From Prevotellaceae bacterium (lineage in GTDB: Bacteria > Bacteroidota > Bacteroidia > Bacteroidales > Bacteroidaceae), in assembly GCA_031262995.1 (NCBI GenBank), contig JAISGR010000032.1, forward strand, positions 1 through 40,157: DNA of 40,157 nt. Direction: 5' to 3'. The position numbers and the translations under genes were made by a program. Below the pieces are notes generated by a model that saw nothing but the letters and a program-made list of their open reading frames with translations, did no database searches and was not told the origin of the DNA. This document shows positions 1-8,424 of this stretch, in pieces; positions within the stretch are counted from its first letter, which is position 1, and the number at the start of each line of letters is the position of its first letter.

Positions 1-887
1 ATGGAGCGCAGTTGTCGCATGGCATTCTCGCGGTTCTTGGGCTGGTCGCGCGTTTCGGTGTTCTCGATGAGAATCTCCTCCTCCTCGCCGGTGTAGGGGT
101 CTTTGAACTGATAGCGCAGCCTGACGCCCGACTCCACCTTGTTGACGTTCTGTCCGCCGGCGCCGCTGGAGCGGAAGGTGTCCCACGAGATGTTGGCAGG
201 CTGGATGTTCACCTCGATGGTGTCGTCCACCAGCGGGGTGACGAAGACCGAGGCGAACGACGTCATGCGCTTGCCCTGTGCGTTGAAGGGCGATACGCGC
301 ACCAAGCGGTGCACGCCGTTCTCTCCCTTGAGGTAACCGTAGGCATAGTCGCCCGATATTTCGATGGTGCAGGTCTTGATGCCTGCCTCGTCGCCCTCCT
401 GCAGGTTGGCGATGACGGCTTTGTAGCCGTGTGTCTCGGCATAACGCAGGTACATGCGCATCAGCATGCTTGCCCAGTCCTGACTTTCGGTGCCGCCGGC
501 GCCCGAGTTGATCTTCAGCACGCAGTCCATCTGGTCAGCCTCTTCGCGGAGCATGTTCTTCAGTTCGAGCGCTTCGACGGCGGCGAGGGCGCGGGTGTAT
601 GCCTCGTCCACCTCCGCTTCGGTCACGAGTTCGTCGCGGTAGAAGTCGAACGAGAGTTGCAGCTCGTCGCACAGCGTCCGCACCTCCTGATAGCCGGCAA
701 TCCACTGTTGAAGCGCCTTCACCTTCTTCATCTGTGCTTCGGCAGCTTTCTGGTCGTCCCAGAAGCCGGGGGCTTGCGTACGCAGCTGTTCCTCTTCGAC
801 CTGCACCTTTTTGCCTTCGATGTCCAAGTAGCGGCAGAGGGCATCGGTGCGTTCCTTGATATCCTTGAGTTGTTCGGTAGTAATCAT
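1..887 (-). CDS. prfB: Peptide chain release factor 2 (3' end runs off the window)
   Basis: Not in the ORF track because it is truncated. Read by hand from ATG at 887: MITTEQLKDIKERTDALCRYLDIEGKKVQVEEEQLR. Later it contains GAGGTESQDWASMLMRMY, VHRLVRVSPFNAQGKRMTSFASV (SPF anticodon motif) and SGAGGQNVNKVESGVR (GGQ motif). Confidence 0.97.
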   Translation of the reverse strand, partial: MITTEQLKDIKERTDALCRYLDIEGKKVQVEEEQLRTQAPGFWDDQKAAEAQMKKVKALQQWIAGYQEVRTLCDELQLSFDFYRDELVTEAEVDEAYTRALAAVEALELKNMLREEADQMDCVLKINSGAGGTESQDWASMLMRMYLRYAETHGYKAVIANLQEGDEAGIKTCTIEISGDYAYGYLKGENGVHRLVRVSPFNAQGKRMTSFASVFVTPLVDDTIEVNIQPANISWDTFRSSGAGGQNVNKVESGVRLRYQFKDPYTGEEEEILIENTETRDQPKNRENAMRQLRS

Positions 888-908
888 ATATATCCGGTAA
901 ATGAGCCG

Positions 909-916
909 CAAAGGTA
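909..916 (-). promoter_or_regulatory. Bacteroidota sigma-A -7 element (TACCTTTG) for prfB
   Basis: Matches TAnnTTTG on the minus strand, about 20 bp upstream of the prfB ATG. Confidence 0.7.
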
Positions 917-957
917 GGCTTTTGGTTGAATACGGCGGCTTTTCTACCGGAAAATCT

Positions 958-965
958 TACTTTTG
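958..965 (+). promoter_or_regulatory. Bacteroidota -7 element (TACTTTTG) for the ABC permease/ATPase pair
   Basis: TAnnTTTG match followed by an A-rich leader before ATG 1002. Confidence 0.65.
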
Positions 966-1001
966 CACCTCCTTAATCAACTCATTACAAACAAGCAAAG
1001 T

Positions 1002-2036
1002 ATGAAAAGTAAGGGAACCGTATACGGCATCGTGCTGTCCGTGCTCATTGTGGCGCTGCTGGCAGGCAATCTGTTGCTGGGCACCATCGACATCCCCGTC
1101 CGTGCCGTGTGGCATATCCTGACGGGGGGTGCGGAGGAAGAGCCTGCCGCCTGGCGCTTTATCCTGCTCGAGTCGCGGCTGCCGCAAGCGGTTACGGCGC
1201 TGCTGTGCGGTGCGTCGCTGGCGGTATCGGGCTTGCTGCTCCAGACGGCATTCGGCAATCCGCTGGCAGGGCCGTCGATACTCGGCATCAACTCCGGAGC
1301 CAATCTGGGTGTGGCGCTGGTGATGCTGGCAGGCGGCGGTGCGGCGGCAAACGGTCTCTTCGCCCTGAGCGGATTCTTTGCCGTGGTGGCAGGCGCCTTT
1401 GTCGGGTCGATGCTCATCATGGGCATCCTGCTGGCGCTCTCCACCCTGATACGCAGCAACGTGATGCTGCTCATCACGGGCATCATGATAGGCTACGTCA
1501 CCTCCTCCTGCATCTCGCTGCTCAACTTCTTTGCCACTGCCGAGGGAGTACATTCCTACATGATATGGGGAATGGGCAACTTCGGCGGGGTGTCGCGTGC
1601 CCAGCTGCCGTGGTTTGCCGCCTTGTGCGGCGCCGGACTGCTGCTTGCCGTGCTGCTCATCAAGCCGCTGAATGCCCTGTTGCTGGGCACGCGCTATGCG
1701 GAGAACCTGGGCGTGAACATCCGGCGCACCCGCAACCTGTTGCTGCTGGCTACCGGGCTGCTCACCTCCGTCACCACCGCCTTCTGCGGTCCGGTTGCTT
1801 TCATCGGACTGGCGGTGCCGCACATTGCCCGGCTGCTGCTGGGCACCTCCAACCACAACTCGCTCATGCCCGTCACGCTGCTGTGCGGCAGTGTCATTGC
1901 GCTGCTCTGCAACCTGATCTGCATCCTGCCCGGCGAGGGAGGCATCATCCCGCTCAATGCCGTGACGCCGGTACTGGGTGCGCCGGTCATCCTGTATGTC
2001 ATCATCAACCAGCGAAAGATACAATACTTCAATTAG
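1002..2036 (+). CDS. FecCD/BtuC-family iron-chelate or cobalamin ABC transporter permease
   Basis: Hydrophobic protein with SRLPQAVTALLCGASLAVSGLLLQTAFGNPLAGPSILGI, the EAA-like YAENLGVN and FCGPVAFIGLAVPHIAR. Start placed at ATG 1002 (MKSKG) after the A-rich leader. Confidence 0.93.
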   Translation: MKSKGTVYGIVLSVLIVALLAGNLLLGTIDIPVRAVWHILTGGAEEEPAAWRFILLESRLPQAVTALLCGASLAVSGLLLQTAFGNPLAGPSILGINSGANLGVALVMLAGGGAAANGLFALSGFFAVVAGAFVGSMLIMGILLALSTLIRSNVMLLITGIMIGYVTSSCISLLNFFATAEGVHSYMIWGMGNFGGVSRAQLPWFAALCGAGLLLAVLLIKPLNALLLGTRYAENLGVNIRRTRNLLLLATGLLTSVTTAFCGPVAFIGLAVPHIARLLLGTSNHNSLMPVTLLCGSVIALLCNLICILPGEGGIIPLNAVTPVLGAPVILYVIINQRKIQYFN

Positions 2037-2074
2037 CGCACATCCTTTCACTTGCAACGATCAATCCCAATCCT

Positions 2075-2863
2075 ATGAACAGAACGGTAATGGAGGCAGC
2101 TCATCTTGCCATTGGCTACCAGGCGGGGCAACCCGTTCACGGAGATCTCTCTTTCCGGCTGTATGCCGGCGAGCTGACCTGTCTGCTGGGCGCCAACGGC
2201 ACCGGCAAGTCGACCCTGCTGCGTACGCTGGCAGCCGCGCAACCGCCGCTGTCGGGCAGCTTGCTGCTGATGGACAAGCCGCTGTCTGCCTGCACCGAGC
2301 GCGAGCGGGCACGCACCATCGGCGTGGTGCTGACCGACAAGACGCAGGCGGGCGGGCTGACCGTCTACGAGCTTGTTGCCCTGGGACGACAGCCCCACAC
2401 CGGCTTCTTCGGTCGCCTCAACCGGCGCGACAAGGCGCTGATCGACGAGGCGCTGGCTGCCACAGGCATCCGCCACAAAGCCGGTTGTCACACCGCCGAA
2501 CTCTCCGACGGCGAACGGCAGAAAGCCATGATTGCCAAAGCGTTGGTACAGGAGTGTCCCCTCATCCTGCTGGACGAACCCACTGCCTTTCTCGATGTGG
2601 TGAGCCGCATCGAGATGATGAAGCTGCTCCATCGCCTTGCCGCCGAGCAGGGCAAGGCAATCCTCCTCTCCACACACGACGTGGAGCAGGCGTTTGTGCT
2701 TGCCGACCGCCTCTGGCTGCTCTCCCCGCAGGAGGGCTTGGAGTGCGGAACCACCGAGGAGATGTGGCAGCGCGGCGCGCTCGACAAGCTGCTCCGACAT
2801 ACCGACATCCATATAAAGGAGGAACCTTCGGGCATTACCATCTTTCGGCGGAAGACGTTCTGA
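2075..2863 (+). CDS. FecE/BtuD-family ABC transporter ATP-binding protein
   Basis: Walker A GANGTGKST, signature LSDGERQK, Walker B ILLDEPT and H-loop STHD. This is the C-terminal part of track ORF 1109..2863; the true start is likely ATG 2075. Confidence 0.93.
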   Translation: MNRTVMEAAHLAIGYQAGQPVHGDLSFRLYAGELTCLLGANGTGKSTLLRTLAAAQPPLSGSLLLMDKPLSACTERERARTIGVVLTDKTQAGGLTVYELVALGRQPHTGFFGRLNRRDKALIDEALAATGIRHKAGCHTAELSDGERQKAMIAKALVQECPLILLDEPTAFLDVVSRIEMMKLLHRLAAEQGKAILLSTHDVEQAFVLADRLWLLSPQEGLECGTTEEMWQRGALDKLLRHTDIHIKEEPSGITIFRRKTF

Positions 2864-3047
2864 GACACCGACGCGCCGTTTGGGTGCAATACCCGACACA
2901 CACACCGCATCGGTTGTGTCACCATCGAGACCGCAGGGCGACAAAAGGGCGCTTTGTGTCATTCCCTGCCATTGACCACCCCGCATTATTCCACAATGTG
3001 TAGAAACTTGTGCTTCCGTTTGCTTGGCTGAGGAACCGCACAGGGGC

Positions 3048-3055
3048 TAATTTTG
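3048..3055 (+). promoter_or_regulatory. Bacteroidota -7 element (TAATTTTG) for the pilin locus
   Basis: TAnnTTTG match about 125 bp upstream of ATG 3180. Confidence 0.65.
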
Positions 3056-3179
3056 CACCCGCAATTGCAACGCTCATCCATTCACCGGAGCTTGACCCGG
3101 GACATGTATTGCGCAGCATGTTCCGGAAGAGTGCTCCCTCATTCAAACTAAGTTATTGCAATTAAAACACTGAAGAAAA

Positions 3180-4610
3180 ATGAAAAGTAGATTATTCCAA
3201 GTCGCTTGCATGAGCCTCATCATAGGCTTGGCAGCATGTTCGAAAGCCGTTGACGATGTTCCGACCGATAACACGGACAACGGCGAACCCACTCTCATGG
3301 CGCTGAAACTGAGCTTCCCCACATCCGAACAAACCCGCGCCGGCGAAGAGACGGGGCTTGCCGATGAATCGGCTATCCGGACGATAGACATCCTGATATA
3401 CGGGCAGAACCGCATCCTGTTGGACAGCAAACACTTCACATCCACGGACTTCACCCTTCAGAACGGCAGCTACACGGCAACCCAACTGATACAGACCACC
3501 ACCGGACTGAAGTATGTGTTTGCGGCAGCCAACCTCCCCGACAACCTCCTGCAATCGATCAAGGCTGCCCGCGACGTCAATACGCTGACGGATGATGCCT
3601 ACACCATCGACAGGGCTGCCATTGCCGGAGCCGACGACGACGCCTTCATCATGTGCAGCAGCAAGCTGACGGGACAGACGCTGAAGAGCTACACGCCGAC
3701 CCCGGAACAGGAAGGTGTCGCCGACCCGCAACTGCCCCGGGAGAATCGGTTCGACATCCAGCTGATACGCATGGCTGCCAAGGTCACCGTGACCGAAGCG
3801 AATAACCTGAGCAAGGTGATGCACAACGGCAGGCTCGTCGGCGATTTGGAGTTTGCCATCGACCACTACAACAACAAGTCGTACCTGATACAACGAAGCG
3901 CACCCGACTTCATCGACCCCAACTGGGACGAGACCGGCTGGCGAACAGCCCCTGACGGCAAAACGGTCACCTCGATTGCGGAGAGCAAATACTGGGATGA
4001 TCTGGCAAAGAAGACACCCGGTAGCGACTACCTCACGGTGGATGCCTCCGGCACCGACTTCAACAGCCTGGCAAAGACCTATGTATCGGAAAACAGCTCC
4101 GAACCGGGCATCCTGCTGAAAGGCACCCTGACACGCCTCATCGTACGCGCCACCTTCCTCCCCGGCAAGGTGTACGAAACCGATGCCGCCGCCACCGGCT
4201 TCCCCGTCGGATACAAGGAGGTCGACGGCCCGGCAACCGCCACCACCTTCTACAAGATTACCAACAGCGCCGGACAAGCCTTCTTTACGCTCAACAAGAA
4301 CGATGTGGCAGGCTTGAGCAAAGCCGTAGGAGCAACCACCGGCGCAGCCGAAGAGATTGAATATACCGACGGCAAGTGCTACTACAGCTTGTGGCTCAAC
4401 AGCCATGCCAATGCCGGAGCGGCACGCTACCAGACCCTGCGCAACCAGTACTATGCCTGCACCATCACCGGAGTACATGCGATAGGCAGCCCCAGGGAAG
4501 AGCTGGACGACCTCGAAACACCGATGATTGAGCCGGCAACCGACATCTCCGTGGAGATCGCGGTGAAGACATGGGACGTGGTTACCAACAGCTACGTACT
4601 GGGCGAATAA
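3180..4610 (+). CDS. Mfa1/FimA-family major (stalk) type V pilin lipoprotein
   Basis: Lipobox LAAC and Arg processing site QTRA. The N-domain has ESAIRTIDILIY and VFAAANLP, followed by IRMAAKVTV and TYVSENS. Ends with TLRNQYYACTITG and a terminal donor-strand-like ISVEIAVKTWDVVTNSYVL. Confidence 0.85.
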   Translation: MKSRLFQVACMSLIIGLAACSKAVDDVPTDNTDNGEPTLMALKLSFPTSEQTRAGEETGLADESAIRTIDILIYGQNRILLDSKHFTSTDFTLQNGSYTATQLIQTTTGLKYVFAAANLPDNLLQSIKAARDVNTLTDDAYTIDRAAIAGADDDAFIMCSSKLTGQTLKSYTPTPEQEGVADPQLPRENRFDIQLIRMAAKVTVTEANNLSKVMHNGRLVGDLEFAIDHYNNKSYLIQRSAPDFIDPNWDETGWRTAPDGKTVTSIAESKYWDDLAKKTPGSDYLTVDASGTDFNSLAKTYVSENSSEPGILLKGTLTRLIVRATFLPGKVYETDAAATGFPVGYKEVDGPATATTFYKITNSAGQAFFTLNKNDVAGLSKAVGATTGAAEEIEYTDGKCYYSLWLNSHANAGAARYQTLRNQYYACTITGVHAIGSPREELDDLETPMIEPATDISVEIAVKTWDVVTNSYVLGE

Positions 4611-4619
4611 CCGAAAGAA

Positions 4620-4679
4620 AGCGTAAGCGCTACGCTGCCTTAGCGTAAGCGCTACGCTATCCTAACGTAAGCGCGCGTT
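4620..4679 (+). repeat. 22-bp-period tandem palindromic repeat (AGCGTA-AGCGC-TACGCT x2 plus one degenerate copy)
   Basis: Copies at 4620-4636 and 4642-4658, and degenerate AACGTAAGCGCGCGTT at 4664-4679. Confidence 0.85.
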
Positions 4680-4714
4680 CCAACCTTTATACTCACGCCG
4701 AACCCACGATGGCT

Positions 4715-4735
4715 GCCGGCAATGGGATTGCCGGC
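4715..4735. other. Perfect 9-bp hairpin GCCGGCAAT-GGG-ATTGCCGGC between the two pilin genes
   Basis: Inverted repeat read directly. It has no U-tract, so it is not a canonical intrinsic terminator. Confidence 0.6.
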
Positions 4736-4776
4736 GAATCATCAGTAAAGAATAGTAAGGAAAGGAGTACAATCCA

Positions 4777-7700
4777 ATGAGAACAAAGAGAACTGCTGTA
4801 TATCTGGGTATATGTCTGCTTTTTGTCGCCTGTGTGCACGAAGGGTTTGTCGTACCCCCTGTCACCGACGCACCCGTACGGGAGGTGTTGTTTAGCGTCT
4901 CCATCCCCAAAAGCCAAACGACCCGCGCCCTGAACGCGACGGACGAAAACACGATAGCATCCGTCAACGTGCTGGCATTCAGGTATGATGCCGCCAATGA
5001 TGTCTACTACTATGCCTACCACTCTACCGGCAGGATAACCACATCCGGCAACCGCAACCCGACGTACGCGGTCATGGCACACATACTGCCCGAGCAGCAG
5101 CAGTTTGTCGTCATTGCCAATGCGGCGGCAGAGGTGAACAGCCTCGTGAGCCTCCTCTCTGCCACAGAGACCCGAATCACCAAGAACCGGCTGCTGAAAC
5201 GGCTCCAAATAGACCTCACCGACAACGGCGGCAAATGGAACACCGGCGACGAAGCACACCCCTTTACACCGCTCCCCATGTGGGGCGAGAGCCTGCCGGT
5301 GACGGTCGACGCCCACACCGGAAACATCTCCGACACCCCCCTCCCGCTGCTGCGCATGGTGGCACGCATCGACGTCGCCCTCACCACCGACCAGCCGGAG
5401 AAGACCGTCGACAAGTTCCGCCTCAAGGAGGTCTATCTGTACAACTATCAGGCGCGGGGCTGCATCGTGCCTGCCGCCGACGCCTACAACCGGAACGAGC
5501 AGCGCGTGCTGACCCCCACACTGCCCGCCGACGGGAATGACAATGCCTACAAGCCGGTCTCTACCCCCGTACGGTTCGACCGGACAGACCCGCAAGAGAG
5601 GGCGATACAGGGAGAGATTTATGCCTTCGAGACGGCGGCAACCGACGAACGGAACCAATCGACCTGCCTCGTGGTGGGCGGCACATACAGCCCCGACGGC
5701 AACTTCGACGAGGCAGCAAACACTTACTACCGCGTCGACTTCCGCGACATGCAGACAGGCGATCCGATCGACCTGCTGCGCAACCACCACTACATCATCA
5801 ACATTACCGAAGTGATGGGCGAAGGGTACGAGACGCCCGAAACGGCGTTTGCCGCCCAATCGGTCAACCTCACCGCCGAGGTGCTGCAATGGAACCAGCC
5901 CCACATGGACTACGTTGTTTTCGACGGCACATCGGTGCTCGGCATCAGCTCCGACAACTTCGAGTTCTACCGCAACGAGGAGCGCAAGGAGATCGAAGCG
6001 GGCAACGTGCTCTATGTCTACACAGACTTCCGGTCGAACGATCCGGCTGTGCCGTCGGGCTGGTACGTCAAATCCGTGTGCGACGGCAACGGCAAAACGT
6101 ATGCAGACTTCAACGACTGCTGGCTCAAGCTGCACGACGACCAACACGAACTGTTGTCGATAGGCGCGGACAGAGGCAACAAAGCGGTGTATGCCCCCGG
6201 CGAGAACAGGCAGCTGCACCTGACGTTCGGTGCCATCGACGAGGCGGAGGTCAACGGTCGTTCGGTGGTCATCACCTTCGCCGCCGGTCGGTTGGAATAT
6301 CCCGTTACGGTGACGCAGCGCGAGGATTACATCTGCGACATCCGCCTGCACTACAGCAACGCCGGCGAACCGGACAAGCTGTATGAGCTTGCCAACGGCT
6401 CCATGCTCACCTTCGTGGCAAACACGGGAATCCGCCCCGCCGCCAAGACCATTGTCATGGACATCATTCCCCGCGAAAGGAACGTGGAGCTGTCGTGGAG
6501 CAGTGTCGGCACCACCGTACACAACCTCGTTTCGCCCGAGAACGGATTCACCGAAGAGCTGGGCTGGAAGCACAACCTCAAAGCCGACCCCGAGACCGGA
6601 AAAGCCAAGCTGATACTATCGCCCGAACCGCTCACCGAGGAGGAGCGGGCAAACGGACGCATCAGCGTCGTCACCCTTCAGCTGGAGTTCGACAGCAAGG
6701 TGGTGACCCGCATCTTCACCCTGCGGCAGATGGAGTACATGGGCGACCTGTCAGACCCCGAACCGCTCTACCTGATGGACGACGACAGCTACGAACTCAC
6801 ACTCAAGACCAACGTGAGCTGGCAGGCAGAGGTCATCGACGACCCGTGCGACATCCTGACGCTGAAGAATACGCGGGGCGCTGCCAACATGAAGCCAGGC
6901 AACCGCGTGGCGTTCGGCTTTAAGGACTTTGCACAGTCGTATCGTAACCACAAGGAGGCGTACAAAAGGTATCAGGAAAGCAAAACGTGGACACCCGACA
7001 AGGGCATGGCATCGGCAACCATCGCCTTCTTCCACACCAACGAAGCCAACGAACGGATAGACTTGGGGTACCGCACCGTGTATGCCACGCCCCTGACGGT
7101 GTCGAAAGCGCAGGTCGGCGTAGCGGCACGGACTGCCGACCCCAACAACCCCACCCCCTGCCTGTCCGAACCGGTTACCGTACGGGGAAGGAGCGGCACC
7201 ACGTGGCTGCCGTGGCACGACCTCTCCTGCTCGGCAAGTACGGAGCGCACCAAAAACGGAAAGATTTACCTGCACAACCACCACGTGCAATTGGTCGCCG
7301 GCGGCGGAACGACGGTGATCGCTGCCCATCCGGAACTCACCTACAACACCGCCTCACCGGCAGCCTACATCCCCACCGGTACGCCGCAGCCCTGCAACAG
7401 CGCCTTCCGATTCAGCTTCGATCCGGTGCAATTTCCCAACCGGCTGATACCGGACATCGCTTCGCATGTACGCTTCTACATACCGGTAGACGGAGAGAAC
7501 GTATGGGTGCCCAATGCCACGGTGACGGCAGCGCAGGAGATGCTGACGCCAAGACCTTCTGTGGTCTGGGCAAGGGGCAACGGCATCTACGGATGTCTTT
7601 GGCAAGGCATCACCGACAGGGTGCGGCAATACCTGTTCCTCCGGATGGGTGTTGCTTCCGGCAAGGGATACCCCGGCGAAGGCAATAACGGCGCCGGCGA

Positions 7701-8424
7701 CAACGACAGATTCTGGTACACCGGAACAGCGGCGCTCTCCAATGCCGCGTGGAACCCTGTCACTTACATTCACTATGGCTACGGAAATGACAACACGCCT
7801 CCCGATGCGGATGCCATGCAGAGCGCCCGAAACGGGGGCGACGTACCGATATGGTTACTGGGTATTTCGCCGAGCAACACGGCGCTGAACTATGCGCAGA
7901 CGGCGCTGAACACCGTATCGCCCGGCGGCGGCTATGTGCTGGCAGGAGGTATCAGCAGCGGTGCCAACTCGGGGCTGATAAAACCCTCTTATCAGCCGGA
8001 GGATCAGAAAACGTTGATTTACAAGTTCGTCATGGGCGACTACCCCGGCGCTGCCAATGCGCTGTCGAACGGCGACTTCTCGTCCGGAGGCTTGGACGGC
8101 ACATCCACCCGACTGACCTCTTTCCCGCCGACAGCCGTTCCGCTGATAAGGTACAACAACGCGGCGAACGAAGTACTGCTCTCGATTGATCCGGTCAACA
8201 ACGTCATCTACTCGGGCGAAGACCAGATGTACGACGGTATGGGTTATCCGGGCATCAGCAATAACCTCACCGGCAGAGACAAGTTCTTCAACAACCTGAT
8301 AGATTACATCGTGCAGAGCGCCGGTTACGGCAAGTTGTTCACCAAGCTGCTGACGGGCGACGAAGAGACTGCCGGTTATCTGTGGGATGCAACGACCTGG
8401 GGAGCAAATGTCTATCCCAACTGA
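4777..8424 (+). CDS. Large type V pilin-like (tip/accessory) lipoprotein with BACON-like segments and an unrecognised C-terminal domain
   Basis: Lipobox FVAC and TTRA site. Pilin motifs ENTIASVNVLAF, FVVIANA, LPMWG, LLRMVARIDV, YYRVDF and DLLRNHHYIINIT. BACON-like LTLKTNVSWQAEV occurs later. 1215 aa. Confidence 0.75.
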   Translation: MRTKRTAVYLGICLLFVACVHEGFVVPPVTDAPVREVLFSVSIPKSQTTRALNATDENTIASVNVLAFRYDAANDVYYYAYHSTGRITTSGNRNPTYAVMAHILPEQQQFVVIANAAAEVNSLVSLLSATETRITKNRLLKRLQIDLTDNGGKWNTGDEAHPFTPLPMWGESLPVTVDAHTGNISDTPLPLLRMVARIDVALTTDQPEKTVDKFRLKEVYLYNYQARGCIVPAADAYNRNEQRVLTPTLPADGNDNAYKPVSTPVRFDRTDPQERAIQGEIYAFETAATDERNQSTCLVVGGTYSPDGNFDEAANTYYRVDFRDMQTGDPIDLLRNHHYIINITEVMGEGYETPETAFAAQSVNLTAEVLQWNQPHMDYVVFDGTSVLGISSDNFEFYRNEERKEIEAGNVLYVYTDFRSNDPAVPSGWYVKSVCDGNGKTYADFNDCWLKLHDDQHELLSIGADRGNKAVYAPGENRQLHLTFGAIDEAEVNGRSVVITFAAGRLEYPVTVTQREDYICDIRLHYSNAGEPDKLYELANGSMLTFVANTGIRPAAKTIVMDIIPRERNVELSWSSVGTTVHNLVSPENGFTEELGWKHNLKADPETGKAKLILSPEPLTEEERANGRISVVTLQLEFDSKVVTRIFTLRQMEYMGDLSDPEPLYLMDDDSYELTLKTNVSWQAEVIDDPCDILTLKNTRGAANMKPGNRVAFGFKDFAQSYRNHKEAYKRYQESKTWTPDKGMASATIAFFHTNEANERIDLGYRTVYATPLTVSKAQVGVAARTADPNNPTPCLSEPVTVRGRSGTTWLPWHDLSCSASTERTKNGKIYLHNHHVQLVAGGGTTVIAAHPELTYNTASPAAYIPTGTPQPCNSAFRFSFDPVQFPNRLIPDIASHVRFYIPVDGENVWVPNATVTAAQEMLTPRPSVVWARGNGIYGCLWQGITDRVRQYLFLRMGVASGKGYPGEGNNGAGDNDRFWYTGTAALSNAAWNPVTYIHYGYGNDNTPPDADAMQSARNGGDVPIWLLGISPSNTALNYAQTALNTVSPGGGYVLAGGISSGANSGLIKPSYQPEDQKTLIYKFVMGDYPGAANALSNGDFSSGGLDGTSTRLTSFPPTAVPLIRYNNAANEVLLSIDPVNNVIYSGEDQMYDGMGYPGISNNLTGRDKFFNNLIDYIVQSAGYGKLFTKLLTGDEETAGYLWDATTWGANVYPN

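Noticed and set aside
12-917. 301-aa plus-strand ORF and other long antisense or alternate-frame ORFs (e.g. 957..2057, 4693..6573, 14570..16492, 18384..20099, 20155..22116)
   Set aside because: These are shadows of well-recognised genes in high-GC DNA and carry no protein motifs of their own.
1109-2074. Apparent 584-aa fusion ORF ending in the ABC ATPase
   Set aside because: The N-terminal 322 codons are an off-frame read of the permease gene. The ATPase has its own ATG at 2075.
2864-3047. Possible cobalamin riboswitch or ncRNA after the ABC ATPase
   Set aside because: Some imperfect hairpins are present, but I cannot find a B12-box, and the position is downstream of the transporter rather than in its leader.
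4777-8424. Diversity-generating retroelement target (tip pilins are known DGR targets in Bacteroides)
   Set aside because: No reverse transcriptase and no second near-identical copy (template repeat) of the 3' end in the window. A remote DGR cannot be excluded.
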